Below, piece by piece: positions 47,772-57,857 of a stretch of 64,000 bases of DNA. The number at the start of each line of letters is the position of its first letter. The first letter of the stretch is position 1. Made by a program: the position numbers and the translations under genes. The stretch is taken from positions 7,394 through 71,393 of the forward strand of contig NZBN01000002.1 of the NCBI GenBank assembly GCA_002687935.1. The letters run 5' to 3'. A model generated the notes under the pieces. That model did no database searches and was not told the DNA's origin. It worked only from the letters and a program-made list of their open reading frames with translations. This DNA comes from Methanobacteriota archaeon. Lineage in GTDB: Archaea > Undinarchaeota > Undinarchaeia > Undinarchaeales > Undinarchaeaceae.

Positions 47772-48491
47772 ATGAGAATTGGAGTCAGAGTTTTTTCACT
47801 TTCAGTAGATGAAGAAGCCTATCTTTCTATAATCTATGGTCTGGAAAAAAACTATTCACTGATTGTAGACCCCAGGAAATTTGATACGCCACTTAAGATA
47901 AATGCCCGTTTTAAAAACAAGGATGCTAAAATCAGATATATTGAACTCAACTCAAGTGGAATGGCTTATTTGGAATATAATGGTCTGAAAAAAAAGGCCG
48001 AAAAACATCTTGAAGACTTCAAAGTTCTTGTTTCTTCTATGCTTGGTGAAATCCAGGCAAAAGAAGAAGACTTTGAAATTGTTACTATGGAGCTTCTCTC
48101 TAGAAAAAAACCTCTTCTTCTTCCTCGAGACAAGGAAGAACTTCAAACATTCCGGCGTCTTGAAACAAAAAACGTTCTTTCACGGGCACAGCCAGTGAAA
48201 TGTCCACGCTGTAGTCAGTCATTTCTGCTGTTGTATGAAAATCTAATCAAACCAGAAAAGCGAGTTCTCTGCTCCGACTGTATGTTTTGGTTTTCACCCA
48301 AAAAAGAGAAGGAAGTGTATGTCGTAAATGAGGAATATATGAAGGTTATGAGTGGCGTGTGGAATAAAGTTCAAAAAATAATAAATGCCAGTTGGAGGGA
48401 AGTTACAAGACACGGGCTTCCAATGATTGGTCGCGGGAGTGATGCCAATGAAAAAAAGTCTGAGAAAAAAACATCTATTAAAAAGAAGTGA
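47772..48491 (+). CDS. Hypothetical protein with central zinc ribbon and K-rich C-terminus, co-operonic with the preceding ATPase
   Basis: CPRC...CSDC motif. A 5-nt gap separates it from the upstream gene. Confidence 0.45.
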   Translation: MRIGVRVFSLSVDEEAYLSIIYGLEKNYSLIVDPRKFDTPLKINARFKNKDAKIRYIELNSSGMAYLEYNGLKKKAEKHLEDFKVLVSSMLGEIQAKEEDFEIVTMELLSRKKPLLLPRDKEELQTFRRLETKNVLSRAQPVKCPRCSQSFLLLYENLIKPEKRVLCSDCMFWFSPKKEKEVYVVNEEYMKVMSGVWNKVQKIINASWREVTRHGLPMIGRGSDANEKKSEKKTSIKKK

Positions 48492-49020
48492 AGTTCCACT
48501 TCCGTCAGTTCTTAAAAAAAGTGAAGTCATTGGAAAACGCTTGCTAGAACTTCCGGAATTTTCTAAAGCTTCAAAAATAATGCTTTATTCTTCAAAAGAC
48601 TCCGAAGTTGATACTGCGTCTATCATTCGTTCTTGTATCCAATCTGAGAAGGAAGTATATCTCCCGAGGACTGATATAAAATCACGAAAAATGGAGGCAG
48701 TTTTGATAAGTGAGTTCCCAGAGGATGTTGAAATTGCCTCATTCGGTCTTCTTGAACCAAAAAAAGACTTGAATGCTACTGAAAATCTCCGTGAAATAGA
48801 TTTAGTCATAGTTCCGGGTGTAGCCTTCGACGAACGAGGAAACAGACTCGGGTATGGCTTCGGTTTTTATGATCGCTTTCTTACAGAGGTCAGAGCTCCA
48901 AAAATAGGTCTATCCTTTGAATCGCATGTTCTTGACTTAGTTCCTCAGGAATCACATGATGTCAGAGTAGATAAAATTGTTACTGAGCTTCGGATTATCG
49001 AATGTTCTAATTTTTCTTGA
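48448..49020 (+). CDS. 5-formyltetrahydrofolate cyclo-ligase
   Basis: VIVPGVAFDERGNRLGYGFGFYDRFL motif. Start taken at MKKSLRKK. Confidence 0.8.
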   Translation: MKKSLRKKHLLKRSEVPLPSVLKKSEVIGKRLLELPEFSKASKIMLYSSKDSEVDTASIIRSCIQSEKEVYLPRTDIKSRKMEAVLISEFPEDVEIASFGLLEPKKDLNATENLREIDLVIVPGVAFDERGNRLGYGFGFYDRFLTEVRAPKIGLSFESHVLDLVPQESHDVRVDKIVTELRIIECSNFS

Positions 49021-49053
49021 AATTATATAAATGACGAGATACTACTCCGTTTT

Positions 49054-50298
49054 ATGGTCAATTTAGAGCCCTTAAAGAATAATGATCCTGATTTGTATGA
49101 GCTTATTGTAAAGGAAACTGGAAGGCAGAATTGTGGTCTCGAGTTAATACCTTCTGAGAATTTCGTCAGCAAGGCGGTTCTTGAGGCGATGGGCTCAGTT
49201 TTAACTAACAAATATGCAGAAGGATATCCTGGAAAGCGTTATTACGGTGGAAATCAGTACATTGACCAAATAGAACAGATTGCTATAGATCGCGCGAAGA
49301 GTCTTTTTGGAGCAGAACACGCTAATGTTCAGCCTAATTCAGGCTCTCCTGCCAATATGGCTGTCTATTTCGCTCTTATGGAGGCAGGAGACAAGCTTAT
49401 GGGTCTTGAACTGTCTCAGGGAGGGCATTTGACGCACGGGAGTCCAGTTAATTTCTCTGGAAAATTGTATAATGCTACTTCATATAGCGTTGACAAGGAA
49501 ACAGAGATAATTGATATGGATCTTGTAAGAAAGCAGGCAGAGAAGGAAAAGCCAAAAATTCTTTTGTCGAGCACAACTGCATATCCAAGGGAGCTGGATT
49601 TTACCGAATTTGCTGAAATTGCAAAAGACGTGGGGGCCCTATCGATGGCCGATATAGCACATATTGCTGGCTTGATAATTGGAAAGGTGCATCAGGACCC
49701 ATTTCCTTTCACGGATGTTGTAACGACTACAACTCACAAGACACTCCGTGGTCCAAGAAGTGGTCTTATACTTTGCAAGGAAGAATATGGGAAAGCCATC
49801 GATAAGGCTGTTTTTCCTGGTATGCAGGGAGGTCCGCACGAACATATAATTGCGGCAAAGGCTGTATGTTTCAAGGAAGCAGCAAGCCCAGAATTTTCTG
49901 AATATGCCGGACAGATAGTTAAAAACGCAAAAAGGCTGTCTGAGTCACTTATTGAATATGGCTTCAGACTTGTTACAGGTGGTACTGATAACCACCTCCT
50001 GTTAATCGATATGACAAATAAAGGACTAAGTGGTAAAGAAGCTCAGAATTCCCTTGATGAAGCAGGAATAACAACTAACAGGAATACAATTCCTTTTGAG
50101 CCACGCTCTCCCTTTGACCCATCAGGTTTGAGGCTTGGAACTCCTGCAATAACCAGTCGAGGTATGAAGGAATCTGAAATGGAGCAAGTTGCAAGATGGA
50201 TAAACAAAGTTATAGAAAATCACAGTGATTCTTCTGTTAAAGAGAAAGTTAAAGAAGAAATAAAAGAATTCTGCCAAGACTTTCCATTGTACCCTTAA
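49054..50298 (+). CDS. glyA: Serine hydroxymethyltransferase
   Basis: PLP motif [12 protein letters not shown]. Length 414 aa. Confidence 0.9.
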   Translation: MVNLEPLKNNDPDLYELIVKETGRQNCGLELIPSENFVSKAVLEAMGSVLTNKYAEGYPGKRYYGGNQYIDQIEQIAIDRAKSLFGAEHANVQPNSGSPANMAVYFALMEAGDKLMGLELSQGGHLTHGSPVNFSGKLYNATSYSVDKETEIIDMDLVRKQAEKEKPKILLSSTTAYPRELDFTEFAEIAKDVGALSMADIAHIAGLIIGKVHQDPFPFTDVVTTTTHKTLRGPRSGLILCKEEYGKAIDKAVFPGMQGGPHEHIIAAKAVCFKEAASPEFSEYAGQIVKNAKRLSESLIEYGFRLVTGGTDNHLLLIDMTNKGLSGKEAQNSLDEAGITTNRNTIPFEPRSPFDPSGLRLGTPAITSRGMKESEMEQVARWINKVIENHSDSSVKEKVKEEIKEFCQDFPLYP

Positions 50299-50300
50299 CA

Positions 50301-51131
50301 ATGCCTGCACAAATTATAGACGGTCAAAAAATAGCCAAGGACAAGTATATAGCCTTACAACTTGCTGTAGCTAAACTTGACTTTCAACCAGGAATAGCAA
50401 GTCTAGTCACAGACGATAATTCTGCGTCAAAACTTTATGCTTCTAAAAGAGGAGAGATAGCCCAGAGTATTGGGATGTATTCTGAGCTTCATAGCCTTGG
50501 GAAAAATGCCAAGGATGAGGAGATTGTAGAGATTATTTCAAGTCTTAACAAAAATACAAAAATACACGGAATAATAGTTCAGATGCCCCTTCCAAAAGGT
50601 GCAGATATTAGTCTTATTTTATCTTCTATAAATCCAAAAAAAGATGCGGATGCTATACATCCTTTAAATCTTGGGAACTTGTTTTTAGGAAGTCCATACG
50701 TGATTCCAGCCACGGCGAAGGCAATATTCGAATTGATAAATTCAACTGGCGCACAGATAGAATCTACAAATGTCACTGTAATAGGTAATGGTATTTCAGC
50801 AGGAAGGCCTTCTGCTGCCCTTCTTCAAAATGCAGGAGCTACAGTTACAGTATGTAATTCTAAAACAAAAAATCTAAAGAGCCATACTATTGATGCAGAC
50901 ATAATTATTGCTTCAACAGGAAAGGAAAAAATACTCACTGCAGATATGGTAAAAGAAGGGGCGATTGTCATTGATGCAGGAGTAAGCATAATTAAGGGAA
51001 AAATTATAGGGGATGTTGACTTCGGAACGGTGTCTAAAAAAGCAGCTTACATCACACAAGTTCCAGGAGGAGTCGGTCCTGTAACTTCTGCAAGCCTTCT
51101 GGAAAATGTATTCTCTCTTGCTACAATATAA
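50301..51131 (+). CDS. folD: Bifunctional methylene-THF dehydrogenase/methenyl-THF cyclohydrolase
   Basis: 276 aa with an NAD(P) Rossmann segment VIGNGISAGRP. Confidence 0.8.
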   Translation: MPAQIIDGQKIAKDKYIALQLAVAKLDFQPGIASLVTDDNSASKLYASKRGEIAQSIGMYSELHSLGKNAKDEEIVEIISSLNKNTKIHGIIVQMPLPKGADISLILSSINPKKDADAIHPLNLGNLFLGSPYVIPATAKAIFELINSTGAQIESTNVTVIGNGISAGRPSAALLQNAGATVTVCNSKTKNLKSHTIDADIIIASTGKEKILTADMVKEGAIVIDAGVSIIKGKIIGDVDFGTVSKKAAYITQVPGGVGPVTSASLLENVFSLATI

Positions 51132-51980
51132 TTAGCGTGGAACAATGTGAACAAAGGCTTCTTCTATTCCTTCTAGAGCTTCAATATCGTCCCTTACTTC
51201 TTCCTGTATTTTATGAACAAGGGTTACTGTGTCCTTCTCATCTACATAAATTTCAATTTCAACATGAACTTGGTTTCCAACATAGTGAGGTCTTACTGCC
51301 CCAATTCCAATAACTCCTCTTACTTCTTTTGCAGTTTTTCTTATAGCATTCACCATCTCAGGATCAGGCGTTCCCCCCATTAAATAATTCATATTTTCAC
51401 TGGCTATTCTGTAGCCTGCCCACAAAATAAAGAGTGCAACCATGCCTGCCGCAATGCTGTCAGCCAGAGGGAAATATTTTACTCCAATTACTCCTATTAG
51501 TGCAACGGCAGAAGAAATTGAATCATACCTTCCATCAATTGCAATCGCCTTAATAGATGGACTTCTTAGTTGTTTGGAAACTTTTGTGTGGTATATTGAC
51601 ATAAGGGCTTTAACAATAACGCTCATTGCCAGAACTCCTATTGCCAACCAGCTAAAGAGTACTTCAGTTGGATTTATGACTCTTGAAATAGCTGCCGTTA
51701 TAATTTCATATGCTGCAACTCCTGCAAAAAGTGCTACTATCAGTCCAGCAACAGGCTCTGCCCTAGTATAACCATACATATGTTTTGGGTCTGCTTTCTT
51801 TCTGGATATTCTGAAAGAGATTGCTACCGCAAAAGAAGTTAATATGTCTGTTAGTGAGTTAATTGCATCAGATATTACAGCAAGACTACCCGTATAAATC
51901 CCAACTGTAAGTTTTATGATAAATAACGCAGTGTTTACTACAACTCCAATTGTGGTTGCAATACTTCCAGACCTTTCCAT
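51132..51980 (-). CDS. Cation diffusion facilitator (CDF) family metal efflux transporter
   Basis: Six TM helices plus a C-terminal cytoplasmic domain. Confidence 0.75.
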   Translation of the reverse strand: MERSGSIATTIGVVVNTALFIIKLTVGIYTGSLAVISDAINSLTDILTSFAVAISFRISRKKADPKHMYGYTRAEPVAGLIVALFAGVAAYEIITAAISRVINPTEVLFSWLAIGVLAMSVIVKALMSIYHTKVSKQLRSPSIKAIAIDGRYDSISSAVALIGVIGVKYFPLADSIAAGMVALFILWAGYRIASENMNYLMGGTPDPEMVNAIRKTAKEVRGVIGIGAVRPHYVGNQVHVEIEIYVDEKDTVTLVHKIQEEVRDDIEALEGIEEAFVHIVPR

Positions 51981-52064
51981 GAACTGACTTAGATATTGTG
52001 AAGGGCTTAATTAACTTTCCCTTCCTCCCCAAACCTTATAAAAACAAAATCTTTAGAGGGGACT

Positions 52065-53228
52065 ATGATTGATCTCTTAGTGAGTGTTATAATTTTGCTC
52101 TTTCTGGCGAGACTTGGTGGTGCTCTTGCAGAAATCCTGGGCCTGAGTGCAATAGTCGGTGAGATTTTTGCAGGTATTGCGGTAGGTCCAACACTCTTTC
52201 CACAATTTACTACATATTTTACAGAGTCAGTTCTTCTTGAAGGTCTGGCAGATATTGGTATTATTTTGCTCATTTTTCTTGTGGGCTTGAAAATAAATCT
52301 CAAGGCATTTGAAAAATTCCTTAGAGCTGGTGCAGTCATAGCTATGTTTGGGGCATTCATACCCTTCTTTGCAGGAACCTATCTTGGCTTTGCATATTTT
52401 GCATGGAATCCTGTGCAATCATTATTCTTAGGGGGTATAATGATGGCATCAAGTATGGCAATTGCAGGACGAATGTTATATGATTCCAAGCTTCTACATA
52501 AAAGAGTCGGAAATCTGGCTATCGATGCTGTCCTTGTTGGAGAACTTCTGTCCCTTTTGATGCTTATCTTCCTTGTCCAACTTGCAGGAAACTCAGCTTT
52601 CAGCATTCAGAGTCTTCTAAAGTCAACAATTTACGTCGCAATATTTTTCACTACAGTAATTCTTCTTGCAAGTTATATTAGTAAATATATAGAAATTCTT
52701 GGACGCTTCCTTAATCTGCGTGTCAAGGAAGGACTTCTCTCAATGGTAATTATACTTGTGTTTACTTTATCATTAATTGCAGAAGCGATTGGCATTTCTA
52801 TGGTGATAGGGGCATTTCTGGCAGGACTTATTCTGCATGAAAGGCACTTGAAAAAAATAGAACATGAAGTATACAGTATGGCATATGGTCTCTTTATACC
52901 TCTCTTCTTCGCTCTACTGGGCATATATGTGAATATATTTGAAATGATTTCCCTGTGGCCATTTTTGCTTAGTATTTTTGCCGTAGCACTTACTTCCCGT
53001 TTGTTTGGGGCATATTTTGGGGCAAGGATTTCAGGAATGAGTAGCAGAAACTCCTTTATTGTCTCTCTTGTAATGACGCCTCGTGCAGAGGTCGCATTTA
53101 TAATAGCAAGTGTTGCACTTCTTAATGGAGTTTACAGTGTTTCTGATTATTCTGCTGTGATTGGGGCTCTGATTCTTGGAATAGTTGTTGTACCTCCCGT
53201 GTTTAGGAGAGTTGTCAACGCAAAATGA
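52065..53228 (+). CDS. Cation:proton antiporter (Na+/H+ exchanger family)
   Basis: 387-aa polytopic protein with the CPA fold. Confidence 0.7.
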   Translation: MIDLLVSVIILLFLARLGGALAEILGLSAIVGEIFAGIAVGPTLFPQFTTYFTESVLLEGLADIGIILLIFLVGLKINLKAFEKFLRAGAVIAMFGAFIPFFAGTYLGFAYFAWNPVQSLFLGGIMMASSMAIAGRMLYDSKLLHKRVGNLAIDAVLVGELLSLLMLIFLVQLAGNSAFSIQSLLKSTIYVAIFFTTVILLASYISKYIEILGRFLNLRVKEGLLSMVIILVFTLSLIAEAIGISMVIGAFLAGLILHERHLKKIEHEVYSMAYGLFIPLFFALLGIYVNIFEMISLWPFLLSIFAVALTSRLFGAYFGARISGMSSRNSFIVSLVMTPRAEVAFIIASVALLNGVYSVSDYSAVIGALILGIVVVPPVFRRVVNAK

Positions 53229-54160
53229 CCCTGCCTTTTCCATATCAGAGTGCAGGAATTTTTATTATATCTCTCGCAATTTTGCTGAAGGGCGCTGACA
53301 TATTTACAAATAGGTCAGTACATGTTGCAAGACAGGTCGGAATTTCTGAGTTCGCAATAGGTCTTACACTTGTTGCCTTTTCAACTTCTTTACCTGAGCT
53401 TGCCATCTCTATGACTGCTGCTCTGACAGGTTCAGATGGTATAGCTATAGGCAATATAATCGGTTCTAATATAGCAAATATTGGCCTCATAGTGGGCCTT
53501 GCATCCCTTTTCATGCCCTTTGTTCTTAAGAAAGAGGATTTTAAACAGGCATTATTTATGATAGCTGTACTTTTCATCGGTTCAATTTTCATGTATAATG
53601 GATTAACAAGAATAGAGGGTTTTGCATTGGTTTCAATCCTCGTAGCTTACATAATAAATACACTCAGACAGGGGAAAGTAGGCACAGCAAAATCTTCTAA
53701 AGCTCAGTCTCTAGCTTCAAATTTACTCTTTGCTTTCGCAGGAGCTGGCGCAGTCCTTGTTGGAGGAAAGTTTGTTGTTGATTCTGCAGTAGTACTTGCC
53801 AAATGGGCAGGAATATCTGAAGTTCTTATCGGAATCACTGTAATTGCAATAGGAACTTCTCTTCCTGAACTTGTCACATCCATTATTGCAGCAAAGAATA
53901 ACATGCCAAGTATGGCTCTTGGTAACATAATAGGGAGCAATATCTTCAATATTGCCGCAGTTCTTGGACTAACTTCTTTAATATCTCCTATAGCAGTATC
54001 TTTTGATGTTTTCCTCTTCGATATCCCTGCAATGATACTTTTTTCAATACTTTTGGCTTCCTTTATGTATTTCGGAGAAAATCGCATAAGTAAGCGGAGC
54101 GGAGTATATCTCTTACTACTTTATGTGGCATACCTTTGTGCGCACGTATTTTTCTTTTGA
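53225..54160 (+). CDS. Ca2+/Na+ antiporter (CaCA family)
   Basis: Two internal alpha-repeats: GNIIGSNIANIG and GNIIGSNIFNIA. Confidence 0.75.
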   Translation: MTLPFPYQSAGIFIISLAILLKGADIFTNRSVHVARQVGISEFAIGLTLVAFSTSLPELAISMTAALTGSDGIAIGNIIGSNIANIGLIVGLASLFMPFVLKKEDFKQALFMIAVLFIGSIFMYNGLTRIEGFALVSILVAYIINTLRQGKVGTAKSSKAQSLASNLLFAFAGAGAVLVGGKFVVDSAVVLAKWAGISEVLIGITVIAIGTSLPELVTSIIAAKNNMPSMALGNIIGSNIFNIAAVLGLTSLISPIAVSFDVFLFDIPAMILFSILLASFMYFGENRISKRSGVYLLLLYVAYLCAHVFFF

Positions 54161-54208
54161 CAGAAAAGCCTTAAATATAAGAACCATTAACTCAGTGTAT
54201 TCTTTCAT

Positions 54209-54649
54209 ATGACAACAAGTGCAGTAATCGCAACACGGCTAAAACCAGGAGATTTATTTCTCCTTGACGGACAGGGAGATGATATTTTTAAAGTAAAAAA
54301 ATTAAGCACCTCATCACCAGGAAAGCACGGTCACGCCAAAGTACGTATAATGTATGTAAATTTCTTCACAGGTTCTGGTGGAGAAGTAACTTACAGCGGT
54401 CACAAAGAGATGGACAAGCCAGTTATTGAAAAGGAAAGGTCTCAGGTAATATCAATTACTCCTGGAAAGACTTCTAATGACCCGAATGTTCCTGACGTCC
54501 CTGCTGAACTTCAGCTTATGAATCTTGAGAGCTTTGAGACATATGAACTCCCTTGCCCAGATGGAATTTCAGAAGCCGACCTTGCAGTTGGCAGTGAAGT
54601 AGAAGTCCGCAAATTTGAGAGCAAGAAGTGGATTGAAAAGCTCATCTAA
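54209..54649 (+). CDS. Translation initiation factor 5A (hypusine-containing)
   Basis: Hypusination loop STSSPGKHGHAK. Confidence 0.85.
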   Translation: MTTSAVIATRLKPGDLFLLDGQGDDIFKVKKLSTSSPGKHGHAKVRIMYVNFFTGSGGEVTYSGHKEMDKPVIEKERSQVISITPGKTSNDPNVPDVPAELQLMNLESFETYELPCPDGISEADLAVGSEVEVRKFESKKWIEKLI

Positions 54650-54654
54650 TTGCG

Positions 54655-55536
54655 ATGGATTTTTATCTAAATAATTTTTGCAGGTTATCAGAGGCAAGAA
54701 ACTCTGTTAAAGAAAGTAGGGCAATTTTTCTTGGAGTACCTTATGATTGGTCTACTATAGACAGACCTGGTTCAAGATATGGGCCTTTACATATAAGAAA
54801 ATCATTTGAACAATTTCTGGGCTATGATTCTACAAGTGGAAAAGATTTGTATGAAAGCCTTCTACCGTGTGATCTTGGTGATATTGCAGTAGTTCCGGGT
54901 GATTATACAGAAACTCAGAAGAGGACGGAGGAAACACTTGAAAAAATTCTTTCAGAAAATAGTACTGCATTTATTATTGGCCTGGGGGGTGAACATTCAG
55001 TTACACACTCTTTTTTAAAAACTCTAAAAAAAGTCCACAAAGATATGCTAGTTGTGAGTTTTGATGCACATCCTGACCTTAAAGAGGATTATATGGGTAA
55101 CAAGGAAACGAATGTAACCTATCTTCGACGAGCTTGTGATTTCATAGACCCCTCCGCAATTTCTCTTGTCGGAATTCGTGATGCAGACCGTGATGAGATA
55201 GATTATGCGAAAAAGAACAAGATCTCTATCCTTCATACAAAGAATATAAAAGAAGACCTAGAAGCCTCCCTTTCCTCCTTCAAAAAGGCAATAAATGGGA
55301 AGAAAGTTTATGTTACAATAGATATCGATGTTTTAGATACAGCCATTGCACCAGGAACTTCAAGCCCCTCTCCAGGTGGTTTGAACATGGCTGAAATGAA
55401 GGCATTTCTGGATATATGTATTCCACAAGCTGTCGGTATGGACGTAGTGGAAGTTTCTCCTCCCTTTGATACAGGGGAAATCACCAGTTTTACAGCTGCG
55501 AAACTTATTTATTACGCTCTGAGTTTAAAGGCTTAG
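54655..55536 (+). CDS. speB: Agmatinase (arginase family)
   Basis: Mn-binding motifs SFDAHPD and DIDVLD. The aIF5A-agmatinase pairing is typical of archaea. Confidence 0.8.
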   Translation: MDFYLNNFCRLSEARNSVKESRAIFLGVPYDWSTIDRPGSRYGPLHIRKSFEQFLGYDSTSGKDLYESLLPCDLGDIAVVPGDYTETQKRTEETLEKILSENSTAFIIGLGGEHSVTHSFLKTLKKVHKDMLVVSFDAHPDLKEDYMGNKETNVTYLRRACDFIDPSAISLVGIRDADRDEIDYAKKNKISILHTKNIKEDLEASLSSFKKAINGKKVYVTIDIDVLDTAIAPGTSSPSPGGLNMAEMKAFLDICIPQAVGMDVVEVSPPFDTGEITSFTAAKLIYYALSLKA

Positions 55537-55537
55537 C

Positions 55538-55684
55538 ATGGCAGTAGAAACATCCCTTCTCTTGCTGGTAGTTCTTGTAGTCATCGGCTTTATAATATAT
55601 AGGATGGTCAGGGGAATTTGGACTATTCTTTTATGGGTTTTCATAGGCGGGGGTATACTGTTCGTCGTATATTACTTGCTGTAA
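55538..55684 (+). CDS. Tiny hydrophobic ORF (48 aa, two predicted TM helices)
   Basis: Manual translation MAVETSLLLLVVLVVIGFIIYRMVRGIWTILLWVFIGGGILFVVYYLL. Its stop overlaps the downstream start (TAATG). Confidence 0.3.
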   Translation: MAVETSLLLLVVLVVIGFIIYRMVRGIWTILLWVFIGGGILFVVYYLL

Positions 55685-56439
55685 TGGTACTTGAATCATT
55701 ATTTACTGTGGAAGAGGCTGAAAAAGAACCTTCAAACCTTTTTCTTCTTGGAATAGTCATCTCTACAGTGGCACTTTGGCTCTCTTTTTACATATTCCCC
55801 CAAGGAGCAAGTACATGGATGCTTTTCATAATAACATTGGCAGTTGTACCCCTTATGCACAAGGCCTTCATGATAGAGGAAGCAAAGGGCATAATACCTA
55901 GCAGGAAACTCCTAAGAGGACATTTCCCAATTATAAAAATGTATATTTACTTGTTTTTAGGAATTTTTGTATCACTTGTGTTTTGGTATCTCTTCCTGCC
56001 AACTCATTTGTTGGAAATAATTTTTTCTGTTCAAATGAATGTAGCCAGTACCATTCTAAGCGACGGCTCAATTCTGATGATGAGCTTGAAGGTTCTTGGA
56101 CTCTTTATGTTGTTAACTTTCCTCTATGGAGCTGGAGGAATTCTTATACTTGCATGGGATGCAGCTCTCAGCTCTGTAATTGTAGGTAATCTCTTAAAAC
56201 ACATATTTCTGGGAACTTATTCTTCTGGAATGCTTGCAATTTTGCTCCCCTCTTTGTTTGAAATTATTGGCTACTCTTTAGCTGCAATAGCGGCAGGAAT
56301 ACTCTCCGTTGCATTTTACAAAGGTCATTTAAGAGGAAAATTCGCAAAATATATACTGATTGATTTTGCAGTTCTGACTTTACTCGCATTAATTATGGTG
56401 TCTATTGGTGCTCTCGTCGCACAAGGAGTTGTTGTTTAA
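55684..56439 (+). CDS. SpoIIM/DUF95-like membrane protein, paralogue 1 (start revised to MVLESLF...)
   Basis: Clearly paralogous to the next gene. Both start MVLE and share a ...EEAK/EEGK segment. Confidence 0.6.
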   Translation: MVLESLFTVEEAEKEPSNLFLLGIVISTVALWLSFYIFPQGASTWMLFIITLAVVPLMHKAFMIEEAKGIIPSRKLLRGHFPIIKMYIYLFLGIFVSLVFWYLFLPTHLLEIIFSVQMNVASTILSDGSILMMSLKVLGLFMLLTFLYGAGGILILAWDAALSSVIVGNLLKHIFLGTYSSGMLAILLPSLFEIIGYSLAAIAAGILSVAFYKGHLRGKFAKYILIDFAVLTLLALIMVSIGALVAQGVVV

Positions 56440-57372
56440 ATGGTTCTTGAAATGATAATGAAGGCTGAATATGCAGAAAGAAGTCCTGTGAGGACCCTCT
56501 TACTGGGTTTTGGCGTATCCTCAATTGCTTTGTGGATTGCCTATTTTGCCACCCTCTGGCTCCCATCATACATCTTCCCTGAACATGCGAATTCCTGGTT
56601 CTTATTCCTTACAGCTGTTGCACTAATACCCTTCCTTAATAAAGTATACCTAATTGAAGAAGGCAAGGCTGAAAGAATTTCTGAAAAAAGCATATTCAAA
56701 CGCCACGAGGATTTACTTTTCATCTATATCTTCCTCTTCCTTGGGATGATACTGTCATTTTCATTCTGGTTTACTATACTCCCTTTGAAAATTTCACAGA
56801 TAGTATTCTCAGGGCAAGTTGCAGAAATTTATAGAATACAGGGTTTGAAAACGAACCTCTCAGGAGCTCTTTTGGCAACAAGTGCAGGTGCAATCACAGG
56901 CAATATGTTGGCAAAGATAACAGGCTACGCAAGTTCACGGACCGCTTTTTTGAAACTTGTAGTATTCAATAATATGAGGCTTCTGCTCCTTTTCATGGTA
57001 TTTTCCTTCGTATTTGGAGCCGGGGCAATTCTTCTACTTACCTGGAACGCTGCAGTTGTCGGAGTTGCGATGGGATTCATAATCAGAGACAGTATAATTG
57101 TATCAAGTAGCGTTCTTCTAAAAAGTGCCTTTTACCTGAAAGAGCTTCCCTTTAGTTTTATGTCCTTCTTCCTTCACGGAATTTTTGAAATAGTGGGATA
57201 TTTCGCAGGTGCAGTATCTGGAGGAATTTTTTCAGTTGCAATACTCAGAGGTATGCACAAAACTAAACATTTCAAAACAATATTGAAGGATGTCTTATTT
57301 TTCCTCCTTTTGGCAATTGCATTTATTGTTATTGGTGCCGTCTTGGAGGTTTATGTGACGCCACTGCTCTGA
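56440..57372 (+). CDS. SpoIIM/DUF95-like membrane protein, paralogue 2
   Basis: Tandem paralogue with six TM helices. Confidence 0.6.
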   Translation: MVLEMIMKAEYAERSPVRTLLLGFGVSSIALWIAYFATLWLPSYIFPEHANSWFLFLTAVALIPFLNKVYLIEEGKAERISEKSIFKRHEDLLFIYIFLFLGMILSFSFWFTILPLKISQIVFSGQVAEIYRIQGLKTNLSGALLATSAGAITGNMLAKITGYASSRTAFLKLVVFNNMRLLLLFMVFSFVFGAGAILLLTWNAAVVGVAMGFIIRDSIIVSSSVLLKSAFYLKELPFSFMSFFLHGIFEIVGYFAGAVSGGIFSVAILRGMHKTKHFKTILKDVLFFLLLAIAFIVIGAVLEVYVTPLL

Positions 57373-57857
57373 TGACAAGCTATATTTTAGATGCCTCTGC
57401 AATACAAAGTGGCTTTGAAGCTCTTGGCTTTTCTGAAGAATTGTTTTCAACACCAGATGTTATTGAAGAAGTCCGCAACAAACTTATTGCATATAATTTG
57501 AACCTGGCAATTTCTCTAGATAAAATAAAATTAGAAAACCCCTCAGAAGAGTATGTAAATCACGTCTCTGAAAGGGCAAGAGCCAGTGGAGACCGCCTGT
57601 CAGATAATGATGTGGGGTTAATTGCACTTGCTCTCAAGAAGAAAGCAAAGGGACGCGTCCGTATAGTTACAGATGATTACGGAATTCAAAATCTTTCCTC
57701 TCTCTTAGGTATAGAATTCACTCCAATTGGTGCAGAGGGTATAAAAGAAGTGATAGAATGGGTCTACTATTGCCCTGCCTGCTTCAAAAAACACAGTCCT
57801 CAGGTAGATATTTGTGAGGTTTGTGGGACAAAAATAAAGAGAAAAAAGCGTATCTAA
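57372..57857 (+). CDS. nob1: Nob1-like endonuclease (PIN domain plus C-terminal zinc ribbon)
   Basis: N-terminal PIN (ILDASAI) and a C-terminal CPACF...CEVCG zinc ribbon. Confidence 0.7.
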   Translation: MTSYILDASAIQSGFEALGFSEELFSTPDVIEEVRNKLIAYNLNLAISLDKIKLENPSEEYVNHVSERARASGDRLSDNDVGLIALALKKKAKGRVRIVTDDYGIQNLSSLLGIEFTPIGAEGIKEVIEWVYYCPACFKKHSPQVDICEVCGTKIKRKKRI

